Shown here piece after piece: positions 1 through 18,491 of a stretch of DNA of 64,000 bases. A program made the translations under genes and the position numbers. The first letter of the stretch is position 1, and each line of letters starts with the position of its first letter. This stretch comes from Callorhinchus milii (lineage: Eukaryota): the NCBI RefSeq assembly GCF_018977255.1, contig NW_024704742.1, forward strand, positions 74,030,001-74,094,000, in the 5' to 3' direction. A model generated the notes under the pieces. It saw nothing but the letters and a program-made list of their open reading frames with translations. It did no database searches and was not told the DNA's origin.

Positions 1-250
1 CTCCCCCTGACTCCTCCCCTCCCCTGACCCCTCCCCCTTCCCCTCCCCCTGACCCCTCCCCCCCTCCCCCTGACCCCTCCTCCCCCTCCCCCTGACCCCT
101 CCCCCTGACCGCTCCTCCCCTCCCCCTGACCCTGACCCCTCCCCCTCCCCCTGACCCTCCCCCTGACCGCTCCCCCCTCCCCCTGACCCCTCCCCCCCCT
201 CCCCCTCCCCCTGACCCCTCCCCCTCCCCCCGCCTGACCCCTCCCGCCCC
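1..250. repeat. C-rich degenerate tandem repeat (CCCCTGACCCCTCCCC-type); G-quadruplex-prone on the minus strand
   Basis: Repeated CCCTGACCCCT units separated by C runs; truncated by the window start. Confidence 0.9.
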
Positions 251-577
251 TATATAAAAACATACAGCACACACGCATTGCACTGTGTTAAGCTATAGAA
301 TACGCTCAATAGAAAATATTAAGCATTTAACTCCATTTCCATTAACCATATATATTTCACTCACAAAATGCACAGTCACTGCACTCTACAGTATATTCCG
401 TGAAGTGCTTTCACACGTCTTGAAGACCCGATAAGGCGCTCTATCAAATGCAAGGATTATTAGTATGATATGAATATTAAAATGTTAAACGTTTACAGAG
501 AAATAGGAATTGTGGCTGATTTTCCCTGCTGTTGGCAGCACAGAAACCCGATTGGAGAAGCTCATGGTGGGAGTTAG

Positions 578-1075
578 TAGTGTGACCATGTACAGTGTCC
601 AGTCTGACCATGTACAGTGTGACCAGGTACAGTGTGACCGTGTACAGTGTAGAGTGTGACCAGGTACAGTGTGATCATGTACAGTGTACAGTGTGACCAT
701 GTACGGTGTGACCATGTACAGTGTAGAGTGTGACCAGGTACAGTGTGACCATGTACAGTGTACAGTGTGAGCAGGTACAGTGCGACCATGTACAGTGTAC
801 AGTGTGACCATGTACAGTGTACAGTGTGTCCAGGTACAGTGTGACCATGTACAGTGTACACTGTGACCATGTACAGTGTGACCAGGTACAGTGTATATGT
901 GACCATGTACAGTGTACAGTGTGACCAGGTACAGTGTACAGTGTGACCAGGTATAGTGTGACCATGTACATTGCATAGTGTGACCATGTGCAGTGTGACC
1001 AGGTACAGTGTACAGTGTGACCAGGTACATTGCACAGTGTGACCATGTACAGTGTAGAGTGTGACCAATGTACTG
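578..1075. repeat. Minisatellite of 15-mers GTGTGACC(A/AG)TGTACA-type interspersed with 7-mers GTGTACA
   Basis: Visible tandem units GTGTGACCATGTACA, GTGTGACCAGGTACA and GTGTACA; explains the repetitive ORFs at 485-1379. Confidence 0.95.
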
Positions 1076-1080
1076 TCTGA

Positions 1081-1172
1081 CCGGAAGTCACCTTGTGACC
1101 GATGTAAAGACTACATCTCCCATGAAGCCCCGCGGGCGGAGTGGTCGCGCAGGCGCACTGCGAGTAAAGAAG

Positions 1173-1179
<7 letters not shown>
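1081..1179 (+). promoter_or_regulatory. DCTN6 CpG-rich core promoter
   Basis: ETS/GABP CCGGAAGT (1081-1088), ZNF143/SBS-like ACTACATCTCCCATGAAGCC (from 1110), NRF1-like GCGCAGGCGCA (1147-1157), YY1 AAGATGGCGG overlapping the ATG (1170-1179). Confidence 0.8.
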
Positions 1180-8880
<7,701 letters not shown>

Positions 8881-9396
8881 AGAAAACTAAAATCTGTGCA
8901 TTGTTCCCAATTATTGTCATTTCCTTTTTTTCTTGTACATTAAGGTCTTTTCCAGACATGACCAGTATTAAATGAGAAATTATTCTATGCACAACCTCAC
9001 CATTACCTTCTATAATGCATATATTGCTTGATTGTAATGCAAGCAAGAAAGGAATTAGGAAATGCAAAATGTATCAGTTATTAGTGCTAACATTCCATTA
9101 ACTGTGCTTCCCTTTACATCTATCCTTTTCAATATTTGTTACTGCAATATTTTGTTTTTATTTAACCTGGGTAGAAGGTATTTATTTCATATCAAAATTA
9201 TCCTTTATAAAATAGTCCTATTATAATGCTTGCATTTGATATAGCACCTTTTCACCTTGCAAGATCACATATTACTGATCTATAATACTTTAAACTTGTT
9301 TGGAACCTTTGAAAAAAATTCCACAGAAAATTAGAATAAGAAAAAATGATGTTTGACTTTTTCTGCATGATCCTTGTTTGACATTTATGTCCTATA

Positions 9397-10364
9397 GCAC
9401 AGCCAGCCTGACTCTTCTCACTCAGTTCCCATTAATCCTGCAAGCCAAAGCCCTAATGGATAGCTGGACAAGCAGTGGGAAAGCTTGCCAGACCATGATA
9501 TCAGTGACAAACTATGTGGTTTTAGCTGGTTAGACTCCAGCAGTTACCCCAACGCACACTCTGGGGTCCCCAAGCCTTGGCTCTTGCCAACCTGCGACTA
9601 ATACTTTCCGGTATTAGGTAAGCAGGATGTGGCCCTCCAGAGAAAGAGAGGGCATTCCATACCAACAATCTGGGATTTCTATATATAGGTGACGAGCATC
9701 AACCTGGCTCAGTGATAACACTGATTCAGAAGGTTGTGGGTTCAAGCCCAATATCGGGATTTGCAATTATACTAAACTGACACTCCAATAAAGTGCTGGG
9801 TGTTTGTTGAATTGTCGGAGATGCCATCCTTCGGATAAAACTGAGGTTCCGTCTGCCTGTTCAGGTGGACGTTAAAGATCCCATGGCACTATTCGAAAAG
9901 AGAAGGGAATTTCACCCAGGGTCCTGGCCAACAAATCCCCCAAATAAAATTGGTCACTAACTCCATGGCTATTTCCAGGGTGAGTCTCCGTTACTGCTCC
10001 ACAACTCAGACAAGTGTTCACTCCTTGAGCACCATTAGGCCTATCCCTTTTCAGTACCAATTGAGTTACTGCATTTAATCATTTTAGTTTCAGTACAATA
10101 TCTGAAATTTTGTGCTCCCAGCATCCACAACAGTCAACTTCACCAGTTGGTGTGCGCAAACTGGCAGATGTGTTTCACGCACAAAATACCCAGTCAATAC
10201 AGAGAATATACTGTGAAGCACTTTGAGACGTTGGCGATGAGATTAGGCGCTATATGAAATGCAAGGATTATTATTATAAATTGGGTGCATGGAACTGTTC
10301 TTGATATTGTTAAGCTTAGTGATGGGTATCGCTTGTGTCAAGACACCCAGCTAACCAAAAAAAA
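9397..10364 (+). mobile_element. Unclassified structured repeat, copy A (split by a SINE at about 9700-10278)
   Basis: Matches copies at 15906, 32150 and others; ends CCCAGCTAACCAAAAAAAA. Confidence 0.8.
9700..10278 (+). mobile_element. Old tRNA/Deu-domain SINE with L2-type tail
   Basis: Head, GTTAAAGATCCCATGGCACTATTCG body and GCGCTATATGAAATGCAAGGATTATTATT tail. Confidence 0.8.
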
Positions 10365-11339
10365 TGCTCTGCTGCAGTGTCATGTATTAGTGGTTTAAAG
10401 GTGTGGATAAATAAAAGTACAGTTTGTCCAGATCCATTAATTGGTTTATATGGGCATATGAAATTGGTCATATTTTGGGGCAATTGCCAATTGAAGTTGA
10501 AGTGGTAATGTGGTTCATTAGTGTGCTTTTCTTATGTAAACTGACATGTATGCCTTATTTCAGGACTCTGGAACGATTAATTTTAAATCTTTAAAAAGTT
10601 GTACAAAGTGTTTACCTGTTTTTTGAACAGTGATTATTTCTGTAGGGAATTTCAGTGCCTCTAAAGGTTCTTGAGGGGAATCTGAAATCGATTTTTTCAC
10701 ACTTTTGCGATGATGTATCAGATGCAGCTTTCAAAGCATGAGGAACAACAACTTGCATTTATGCAGTGTCCTTCATATAGGATAGTGTCTCGGAGGACTT
10801 TTCAGCGACTGGGATAGGTGCTGAGCAGAGTAGGGGGGAGGTGACCATTAGGCGCAATCAAAGGGGTAATTTTAAATATATTTTTCTTCCTACCTTTATA
10901 ATGGTACATGATACTTGTGTCTTTAAAAATAAAACCTTTAAAAAGTACATTTTAAAACCATTTTTAAAAACAAATTATTCAGAATTCCACTTAATCCTAA
11001 AACCAGAAGTCATGCAATGAGTGTGAGATGAGCTACAGTCACAGACGGTGGAAACAAAAGGTACAAGGATTCCTATCATTTGAAAGTTAGCAGAATTTTC
11101 TAGGGAAATATCTTGTAGTATTTTATTTTAAAGTTTTTATTTGCTTTGTGTATTCCACTGAAAGATTTTTAAGAGTTTGCAAATAAAAACTGCAGTTTTT
11201 GTTTCTTCAAAAAAAGGGGACTTAAATAGTTCTGCTTAATTTGTGCTTTGTCCAAGATCCTAAATTTAATTATAGTTCCACTAGAAAGCAATACTGGATT
11301 TATTATGAATTCTAATAGCTGCCATGATCCATTTGTGTC

Positions 11340-11650
11340 AGGCTGGCTCAGTTGTTTCTGAGTCAGAAATTTGTGGGCTAAAGCTCCACGTCGGGACTTG
11401 GAACTCTATGTTGATACTCCAGTGCAGTGTTGGGTGTGTACTGCATTGTTGGAGGTGCTGTCCTTCGGATGAGACTTTAAACTTGATGTCTGCCTGTTCA
11501 CGTGGACGTTAAAGATTCTATGGCACTATCTGAAAACGGGAGATTTTCCCAGAGGAAAGTCCAAGCCAACAATCACTGCAGCCATTCACTTCATGACTGT
11601 TTCTGGAACCTTCTGTGCAAACTGGTTGCCCTTTTTACTTACAAAACACA
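11340..11650 (+). mobile_element. Old tRNA/Deu-domain SINE
   Basis: Same head and body as the 9700 copy. Confidence 0.75.
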
Positions 11651-12249
11651 CAATCTCTACACTTAATAATATCTTTGCATTTTGGTTACTGTCCTTCACA
11701 AAATGTTACATTAACAGTAGGTTCCTTTAAGTCCATTCAAGGTTACAGGTGCCACATCAAATGGACTGATTATCTTTCACCAGAGGAGAGAGATAAAGCA
11801 GGTTGAGAATGCCACCTGCTTTGGGACATTGTGGTGCACAAATTGCTGTGTTATCCCACAAAACAGTCTCTGCATTTTACACTATTATCCTGTGAAGCAC
11901 TTTGGGACATCCTCCTGACATGAAAGGTGCTATGGCAAACGTAAATTTATTATTCTTGACTGACAAGATGAAGAACAAAGATGGTAAGATTAGAAATTTA
12001 CTACAAAGAAGAAGGCCATTTGGCCAACCATGTCCCCAATAAAGCTGAACTGTATTTTTAACAGATGGCGGAGATGTCCCTCTGTTCAATTCATTCAGTC
12101 TTCTGAGTCAAAAAGACAATGCCACACTTTCGATTTGAAGAGAATGTAGTTTATTAAGAGAATTTAAAAAAATCAGAATGTCAACACTAATAAGGTTATC
12201 TCATAAAATAGTACAAAACAAGTTTTCATAAACTACCTTGTGCCTTCTA

Positions 12250-12357
12250 CAGGGTGACCAAACAGTCATGATACCATAACAATGTCCAATAAGTTTTAAA
12301 GAAATGATGATTTTTTTTGGATAATACGGTAGATATCACAATTTTTTGGTCACCTTG
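12250..12357. mobile_element. Short MITE, TIR CAGGGTGACCAAA, TA flanks
   Basis: TA|CAGGGTGACCAAA ... TTTGGTCACCTTG|TA. Confidence 0.75.
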
Positions 12358-12469
12358 TATAACCTTTTGAAAGGGAGCTGAGGGGAGTGATGGGAAGAGC
12401 TGAAGCGGGAGGTATGAAGCAGTGCGGAGAGCGACAGGAAGGTGGTGCCACTGATGACTCATTTCCCCA

Positions 12470-12960
12470 GTTGTAATCCACATGTATGTGGATGACATCC
12501 AACTCTATCTCTCTGCCTCCACCCTCGACTCCAGACCCACTACTGTCCTGACAGAATGTCTGTCAGACATCAAGTCCTGGATGAGAGTTAACTTTCTCCA
12601 GCTGAACGTCAACAAGACCGAGGCTCTCCTGATTGGCTTCCGTCAGTGTCTCCACATCTCAGGCGGTGACAGCATCACCATCCATGGCTGCACACTGAGC
12701 CAGTCCGGACCCTTGGGGTCTTGTTTGACCCTCAACTATCCTTTCTACCCCACATCCGTGCTGTGACCCATTCTGCCTTCCCCCACCTCCACAACATCGC
12801 CCAACAGAGGATATAATTCAAGATCCTGTTCCTCACCTTTGAAATTCTCCATGGCCTTGCTCCCCCCTACCTCTGCGACCTCCTAACCCCCTAACAACCT
12901 GCTTGCTCCCTCCGCTCAGCAGGCTCCAACCTGCTTCACATCCCACGCCTCGCCCAAGTC
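12470..12960 (+). mobile_element. L2 LINE ORF2 fragment
   Basis: YVDDIQLY (YADD-like) and [15 protein letters not shown] motifs. Confidence 0.88.
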
Positions 12961-13243
12961 CTGTGGAGTCCTGGAGTGACACATTACATGCTAATGGCAC
13001 TTTATTTGCAGTTCCTATAATTATTATGTCACCTCTCTGAAACTAATGATGGAACCTTTTTTATTCCAGTCATTATCTTTCTCCCATCAGAGACTTCAGA
13101 ATCTGACAGTGTAACAGAAACAAGCTGCTGCTAGAGCACTGCATTGACTCAGGTAACATCACTAGATTCCCACATATTAATCAGCATTAGCTGCAGTGTG
13201 TCTAAGTCCTACCCAAAACGAGTTTTGTGGTGTAGTGAGTGTA

Positions 13244-13702
13244 GCTCACTGTAGCTCAGTGGTTAGAGCACTCGCCTTGCAAGTGAGACACCTGGGTTCA
13301 ATTCCAGGCAGAGGGCGAAACCTTGGGCAAGTTTCCTTACTCCACACACCTAATAATAATCCCTCCAAAAAAAAAACAATATTAAATTGGTCATTTTCAA
13401 TCCATGACTTTGTGGGACATTGCTGTGCGCAATTGGCTGTCGTGTTTGCCCACAAGTATAGTCAATTTCTTGCTTTTGATATAGCGCTTTTCACATCTTC
13501 TAGACGTCTCAAAGCGCTTCACAGAATATACTGTAAAGTGAATTGACTGTATATTTGTGGGCGAAACGCGACAGCCAATTGCGCACAGCAGTGTCCCACA
13601 AACAGTCGTGGATCGAGTGACCAAGCTATTATTATTTTTTTTCTTGAGGGATTATTATCAGGCGTGTGGAGTAAGGAAACTTGCCTAAGGTTTCACCCTG
13701 CC
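13244..13702. mobile_element. Two young tRNA-Ala-headed Deu SINEs in inverted, tail-to-tail arrangement
   Basis: + copy about 13244-13468 (A/B boxes, TGC anticodon loop); - copy about 13469-13702. Confidence 0.88.
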
Positions 13703-14329
13703 GGTTTTGTGGGTGAAATGCAGCAGCCAATTGCGCACAGCAGAATTTTCTAATCAGTACGTGATTTCCCACTCGTGGCTATTTCTAGTCAACAACAACA
13801 ACAGCAAAATTACATTTATAGAGCGCCTTTCATGTCGGGAGGAAGTCCTTTTGAAGTTACATTTCGTAGGGCTGGTGACAGAACAGAAGGAAAAGTATCT
13901 CCATTCACCATTTCCTTTTTTTGTACCATACTCAGGCGAGTAAGGGGTTAACCCCCATCTGCCATTGATTGGCTGAAGATTTGGTGCATTATCGCCCCTC
14001 CATTTCTGATCTTTATGCAAATGCGGGGGGGAGGGGGGGGGGGGGGAAGGGGAGGATTATATTTTTGTACCGAATTGTGAATTTAAATAAACCGCAGAAT
14101 AAGAGAGTTGCAAAGAGAATTGTATTTTCACGATTGGTTTGCAGTGATTTGGGATGAAGGGAATAAAAACGTTAAGAGGAAAGTTTGGAAGGTGGGAGGC
14201 GGTGGGGGGTAGAGCTAATGGTGAGCAGGTGGTGGTGGTGAGGGATATATATATATATATATATCTATATATAGACCTCTGACATGAGAGAGATCATCAT
14301 CAGGAAGGTGCTGCTCCCAGGACGAGTCT

Positions 14330-15375
14330 AACCTATTGCACTGCGTGTTTGCTGCCGCCTGCGATGTCCCCAAATGCGGGACACTCGGCTGCAGACCGTG
14401 TGTGAGCGGGTCCTGTGTCCTGTGTCGGCGCTCTCCTCCTCCTCCTCCTCCTCTGGTTCAAACTAAACGCAACACATTTCTCATCAGCTCTGAGCGTGAG
14501 GGTCCGGGGAGGGAAAAGGAGGGCCTTGGACTTGAAGCTCAGCTCAACCTCGGCAAAGGCCGGATAGGGCCTGACCCCCCCCTCCTCCCCCCCCGGGCAG
14601 GAGCTCACCGGGCGGCCCGCGAACCCGCCCAAGACTGCCGACTGAAACTGAAGGCGCGGGTGACCCACTGTGGACATGTAAACCCGCGGCACAGCGGACC
14701 CTCCACCGCGAGCTACATACAGGGAGGGCCCGAAATGTCTGTCCGCAACGGTCACTCACCGCGAAATGTCTGTCCGCAACGGTCACTCACCGCGCGGGGG
14801 GGCCCGGCACCCAGGGGGGGCCCAGCACCCAGGGGGGGCCCAGGGGGGGCCCGGCACCCAGGGGGGGCCCAGGGGGGGCCCGGCACCCGGGGGGCCCGGG
14901 GGGGGCCGGCACCCAGGGGGGGCCCAGGGGGGGCCCGGCACCCAGGGGGGGCCCAGGGGGGGCCCGGCACCCAGGGGGGGCCCAGGGGGGGCCCGGCACC
15001 CGGGGGGGCCCTTACCAGGGCGGGCGGGATGTGGTGCTCAGGGCCTACCGAGTTTGCAGCGCGAGGTCCACCCAACACACGGCCCTATATATATATATAT
15101 ATATATGCAGCGGAGTGGCTGTTGTGGCTCAGCTCTCAGGGCGTTTGAAACTGTGAGACAAGGCCTTCAGAGGGAGAAACTCCCCCACAAAGGTTTTACA
15201 TTCATAACAGAGAGCAGCTGCAGCCGCTCACACCGCAACGCGCTGGCGGCGCGCGCATCCCTCCCCCCGCTCCCCGGCGGCGCGGCTTGTTTTACGTCAC
15301 ATGCGGGATGTGTGACGCGTTTCCGGCAGCCATTGTTTCCCACAAATCCCCGCGGCGCCGCTGTTGCCAGGAGAT
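14330..15375. promoter_or_regulatory. CpG island / probable GTF2E2 promoter (TSS probably near 15300-15370)
   Basis: The only CpG-dense block between DCTN6 and the GTF2E2 ATG exon; CRE-like TTACGTCA (15292-15299) and TGACGC (15313-15318), ETS TTCCGG (15321-15326), YY1-like GCCATT (15329-15334). The ATG exon has a splice acceptor, so a non-coding exon 1 is required. Confidence 0.7.
14731..15010. repeat. Perfect 31-bp tandem duplication (14731-14792) followed by a G-rich ~29-bp minisatellite
   Basis: CGAAATGTCTGTCCGCAACGGTCACTCACCG x2, then (GGGGGGGCCCGGCACCCAGGGGGGGCCCA)n. Confidence 0.92.
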
Positions 15376-15775
15376 ACAGAGAGAGAGATTGAGAGAGTGA
15401 GTGAGAGAGAAAGAAAGAAAGAAAGCAGCTACACTCACATAGTGTGTATGTGTGAGAGAGAGTGTGTGTGTGCGACGGAGAGGAGGTAGAGGGAGAGAGT
15501 GTGACAGAGAAGAGATAAGAGGGCGAGAGAGAGTGTGAGAAAAGAGATGGATGGAGTGAGGAAATAGAGGAGAGAGCGAGAGACAGGAAATAGAGGTGAG
15601 AGAGCGAGAAAGATAGTGAGTGAAAGGGAGAGTAACAGAGAGGGGGTGTGTGGGAGAGAGAGAGAGAGGGGAAGTGAATGATAGTGAGAGAAGGTTAGAG
15701 AGAAAGAGATATTGAAAGATAGTGAGTGTTAGTGAGAGACAGAGAACAGCAAAAGAGAGAGTGAGTTAGAGAGGC
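15375..15775. repeat. GA-rich low-complexity tract
   Basis: (GA)n/(GAAA)n/(GT)n mosaic. Confidence 0.9.
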
Positions 15776-15905
15776 TGACAGTCAGGCCGGGCCGGGCCAC
15801 AGTACCATGTCTGGGTGATCATTCAGGTGATGCGAACAGGACACACGGTGAAGCTAAGCTTGGAGGCGAGTGAGCAAGTGAGTGATACTCGGGTGTGTTA
15901 GTACG

Positions 15906-16272
15906 TCAGCTCCCATTAACCCTGCAAGCGAAAGCCCTAATGGTAGGGTGTCCCGCTGGACAAGCAGCGGGAAAGCTTGCCAGACAGTGTTCTCAATGAT
16001 AGGCTATGTGGTTTTAGCTGGTTAGACTCCAGCAGTTACCCCAATGTACACTCTGAGGTCCCCAAACCTTGGATCTTACCAACCTGTGCCTAATACTTTC
16101 CGGAATTGGATAAGCAGGGTACGTCCCTCCAAGAAGAGAGTGCACATTTCATTCCAAAAATGTATCTCTGGAATTTCCATGTGTAAGTGGGATGCATGGA
16201 AATCTCAGCTTCGTTTGGATACTCTTAAGCATGGTGATAGGTTTCCGCACATACCCAGTTGACCAAAAAAAA
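15906..16272 (+). mobile_element. Unclassified structured repeat, copy B
   Basis: TCAGCTCCCATTAACCCTGCAAGCGAAAGCCCTAATGGTAGGG...CCCAGTTGACCAAAAAAAA. Confidence 0.8.
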
Positions 16273-16802
16273 GAACTGCACTTGCCTCCTGTATGTCCCT
16301 TGTGAGACCAGCAATGCTTCACTAGCAGCTGGTTTCAGCAGGCTGGTCTCCTCGCACTGGTTTCTCTGACTTTCATTCATTTTGATTGTGGTTCACTATC
16401 CGTCAAATATATTATTCCTGATGCAGCCAGCTGACTGTATCTACTTCTCCTAACCTGACCAGGTCATCATCTTTTGCTCTCTGCCTCTCTTTTTCTTTCC
16501 TATCCCCAACTAATCTCCCCCTCTCAGAATTGGTATCCCAAACTGTTTGCTGTACCTGTTCAAATTATTGAATTACGTATTTACTTCACATGTAAAATAG
16601 TGTTCATGGTCACCTTGGATACAACTAAAATGTTATACTGATAAAGTATTCCAGCTCCACCTACACATTGGAGCCATGATCTGGATGGTTGGCATGCAGG
16701 TAAATAGCATTTTACTATATTGCCCACAGTGATGTTCAGCCCATTGTGGAGCCAATGACACTAACTCAAGAAGTGATGTGCTGCCTTTTCACTATCAATG
16801 TT

Positions 16803-17418
16803 ACAACAACTACAAGATTACATTCGTATAGCGCCTTTCATGTTGGGAGGACGACTCAAGGCGCTGGACAGTGTACAGCATTTCAGACCTGAGCTGGGGT
16901 CAGGTGGGAGAAGGGAGGGGAAGGGGGTGACCAATGGCATGGTTGAAGAGGAGAGTTTTGAAGCGGGACTTAAAGGAGGCTCAGGAGGGGGTGAGGCGGA
17001 GTGATTGGGGGATGAAGTTCCAGAGGTTGGGGGCAGAGTGACTGAAGGCTCTCCCGCCAATGGTGGGGCGGGTGGGTTGGAGGACGTGGAGCAGGCCAGA
17101 GCGCGCTGAGCGGAGGGAGCGGGTGGGTTGGTAGGGGGTTAAGAGGTCACAGAGATAGAGTGGGGCGACACCATTGAGGTCTTTGTAGGTGAGGACCAGG
17201 TTTTTGAACTGGATTCTCTGAAGGATAGGGAGCCAATGGAGTTGGGCGAGAATTGGGGGGATGGGGTCACAGAGTTTGGCGCAGGAGTGGACACGGGCTG
17301 CAGAGTTCTGGATTATCTGCAGCCTGTGGAGGGAGGAGTTGGGACGGCCGATAAGCAGGGGGTTTGCGTAGTTGAGCCTGGAGGTGATGAAGGCATGAAC
17401 AAGAGTTTCAGCGACCTG
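16803..17418 (-). mobile_element. L2 LINE 3' fragment (young)
   Basis: ORF 16981-17460: AETLVHAFITSRLNY, LHWLPILQRIQFK, TIGGRAFS. Confidence 0.92.
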
Positions 17419-18337
17419 AATTACATTAAAAAGATGAGTCGGAGGAGCCCAAGGATTCATTGTAAAGTTCTTTGATATGCTGTAGTCTTTAGCCGCTTGT
17501 GAAAGCCTTAAAAAGCTTTCTGTCGCAGGAAAAATATATGCTTATGGTATACTTGTTATGTATACCACATTACTGATTTTTATCATTGTGTTTTCGTGTT
17601 GGAAATGGGTTTCAAACGTGCATCACTAAAGCAAGAATGTTGCTTGTTCCTTCTCTAGAGATTTAATTCCATGACACAGGAATTTTAAAAGTACCTCTAA
17701 CCCCAAAGTACCCTTAAATGATTTGCTTATTGGAAGAGCACGAGGAAGCCACACAGGGGAAACCAGATTCAGTCCGTGATCCAGGAGAGAGATAATTCTA
17801 CTCAACTAAGGCATTCCTTGAGGGCACTGTGGACTCTGCATGATCTTCTAGCTAATGTATCCTGTTCTGTTGATGTATTTAATTATATGCCTTTCACCCA
17901 GTGATAACAACTGAGACATGCTGACACTGATTTGCACACCAAGTGGCTTGTCTTATGTTTTGGGGCTCCGTTAACACCTTCATGTGTGCTGCTTTTTTCA
18001 CTGCCCTTGTTTCTACGCTAGGAAGCTTAGACTCCTCCCGCTCTCTGCTCCCGATAGTCAGCTTTCAGCCCTAAGGAAAGTAAAGCCCTAAGGGAAGACT
18101 TTCCTCTTTGACTGTGCCTTCGGTCACCTTCCCTCTCTTTCCAGCTCGGCGTCAAACCTCGCTGTTGTTAAGTGCGTGAAGGATGCTATATAAATGCCAA
18201 TTATTTTAAGGAAAACGGTGACCTGGGTAAGAGAACCTCCCACATGTTTGGTCAGATCTTTCATGTTTCTGTGAGATTATAACTTCGACACTCTGAACGG
18301 TAATAATTTGTTGTCTTTTTTTTGTGTTGAAGTAGAA

Positions 18338-18491
18338 ATGGATCCAGCGTTGTTGAAAGAGAGAGAACTGTTCAAGAAGCGAGCTCTCTCCAATCCTGTG
18401 ATCGAGAAACGGAAGGTGACTGCTTCTTCAGACTCAAGTTCCAAAAAGAAGAAAAGGCCAGATCAAGGGAGTTCCTCAAAGCAAAATTCAG
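18338..18491 (+). CDS. GTF2E2: GTF2E2 coding exon 1
   Basis: [26 protein letters not shown]...KQNS; G|GTAAAT donor. Confidence 0.96.

Noticed and set aside
1..260. Telomeric repeat, or TATA box at 251-260
   Set aside because: No CCCTAA units; the TATA-like motif is about 900 bp from the CpG promoter with nothing recognisable downstream.
578..1075. CRISPR-like appearance of this and other tandem arrays (2085, 23327, 52971)
   Set aside because: No unique spacers, no cas genes, eukaryotic intronic context.
13091..13152. Plus-strand exon-like segment (catcag ... CAG|GTAACA)
   Set aside because: Stops in all three frames and no linked exons; no support without RNA data.
14477..14490. Hammerhead-like CTGATGA-GAAA on the minus strand
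   Set aside because: No stem II between the core motifs and no flanking stems.
14336..15392. 270-aa and 208-aa Gly/Pro-rich ORFs
   Set aside because: Produced by the GC-rich island and minisatellite; no recognisable domain.
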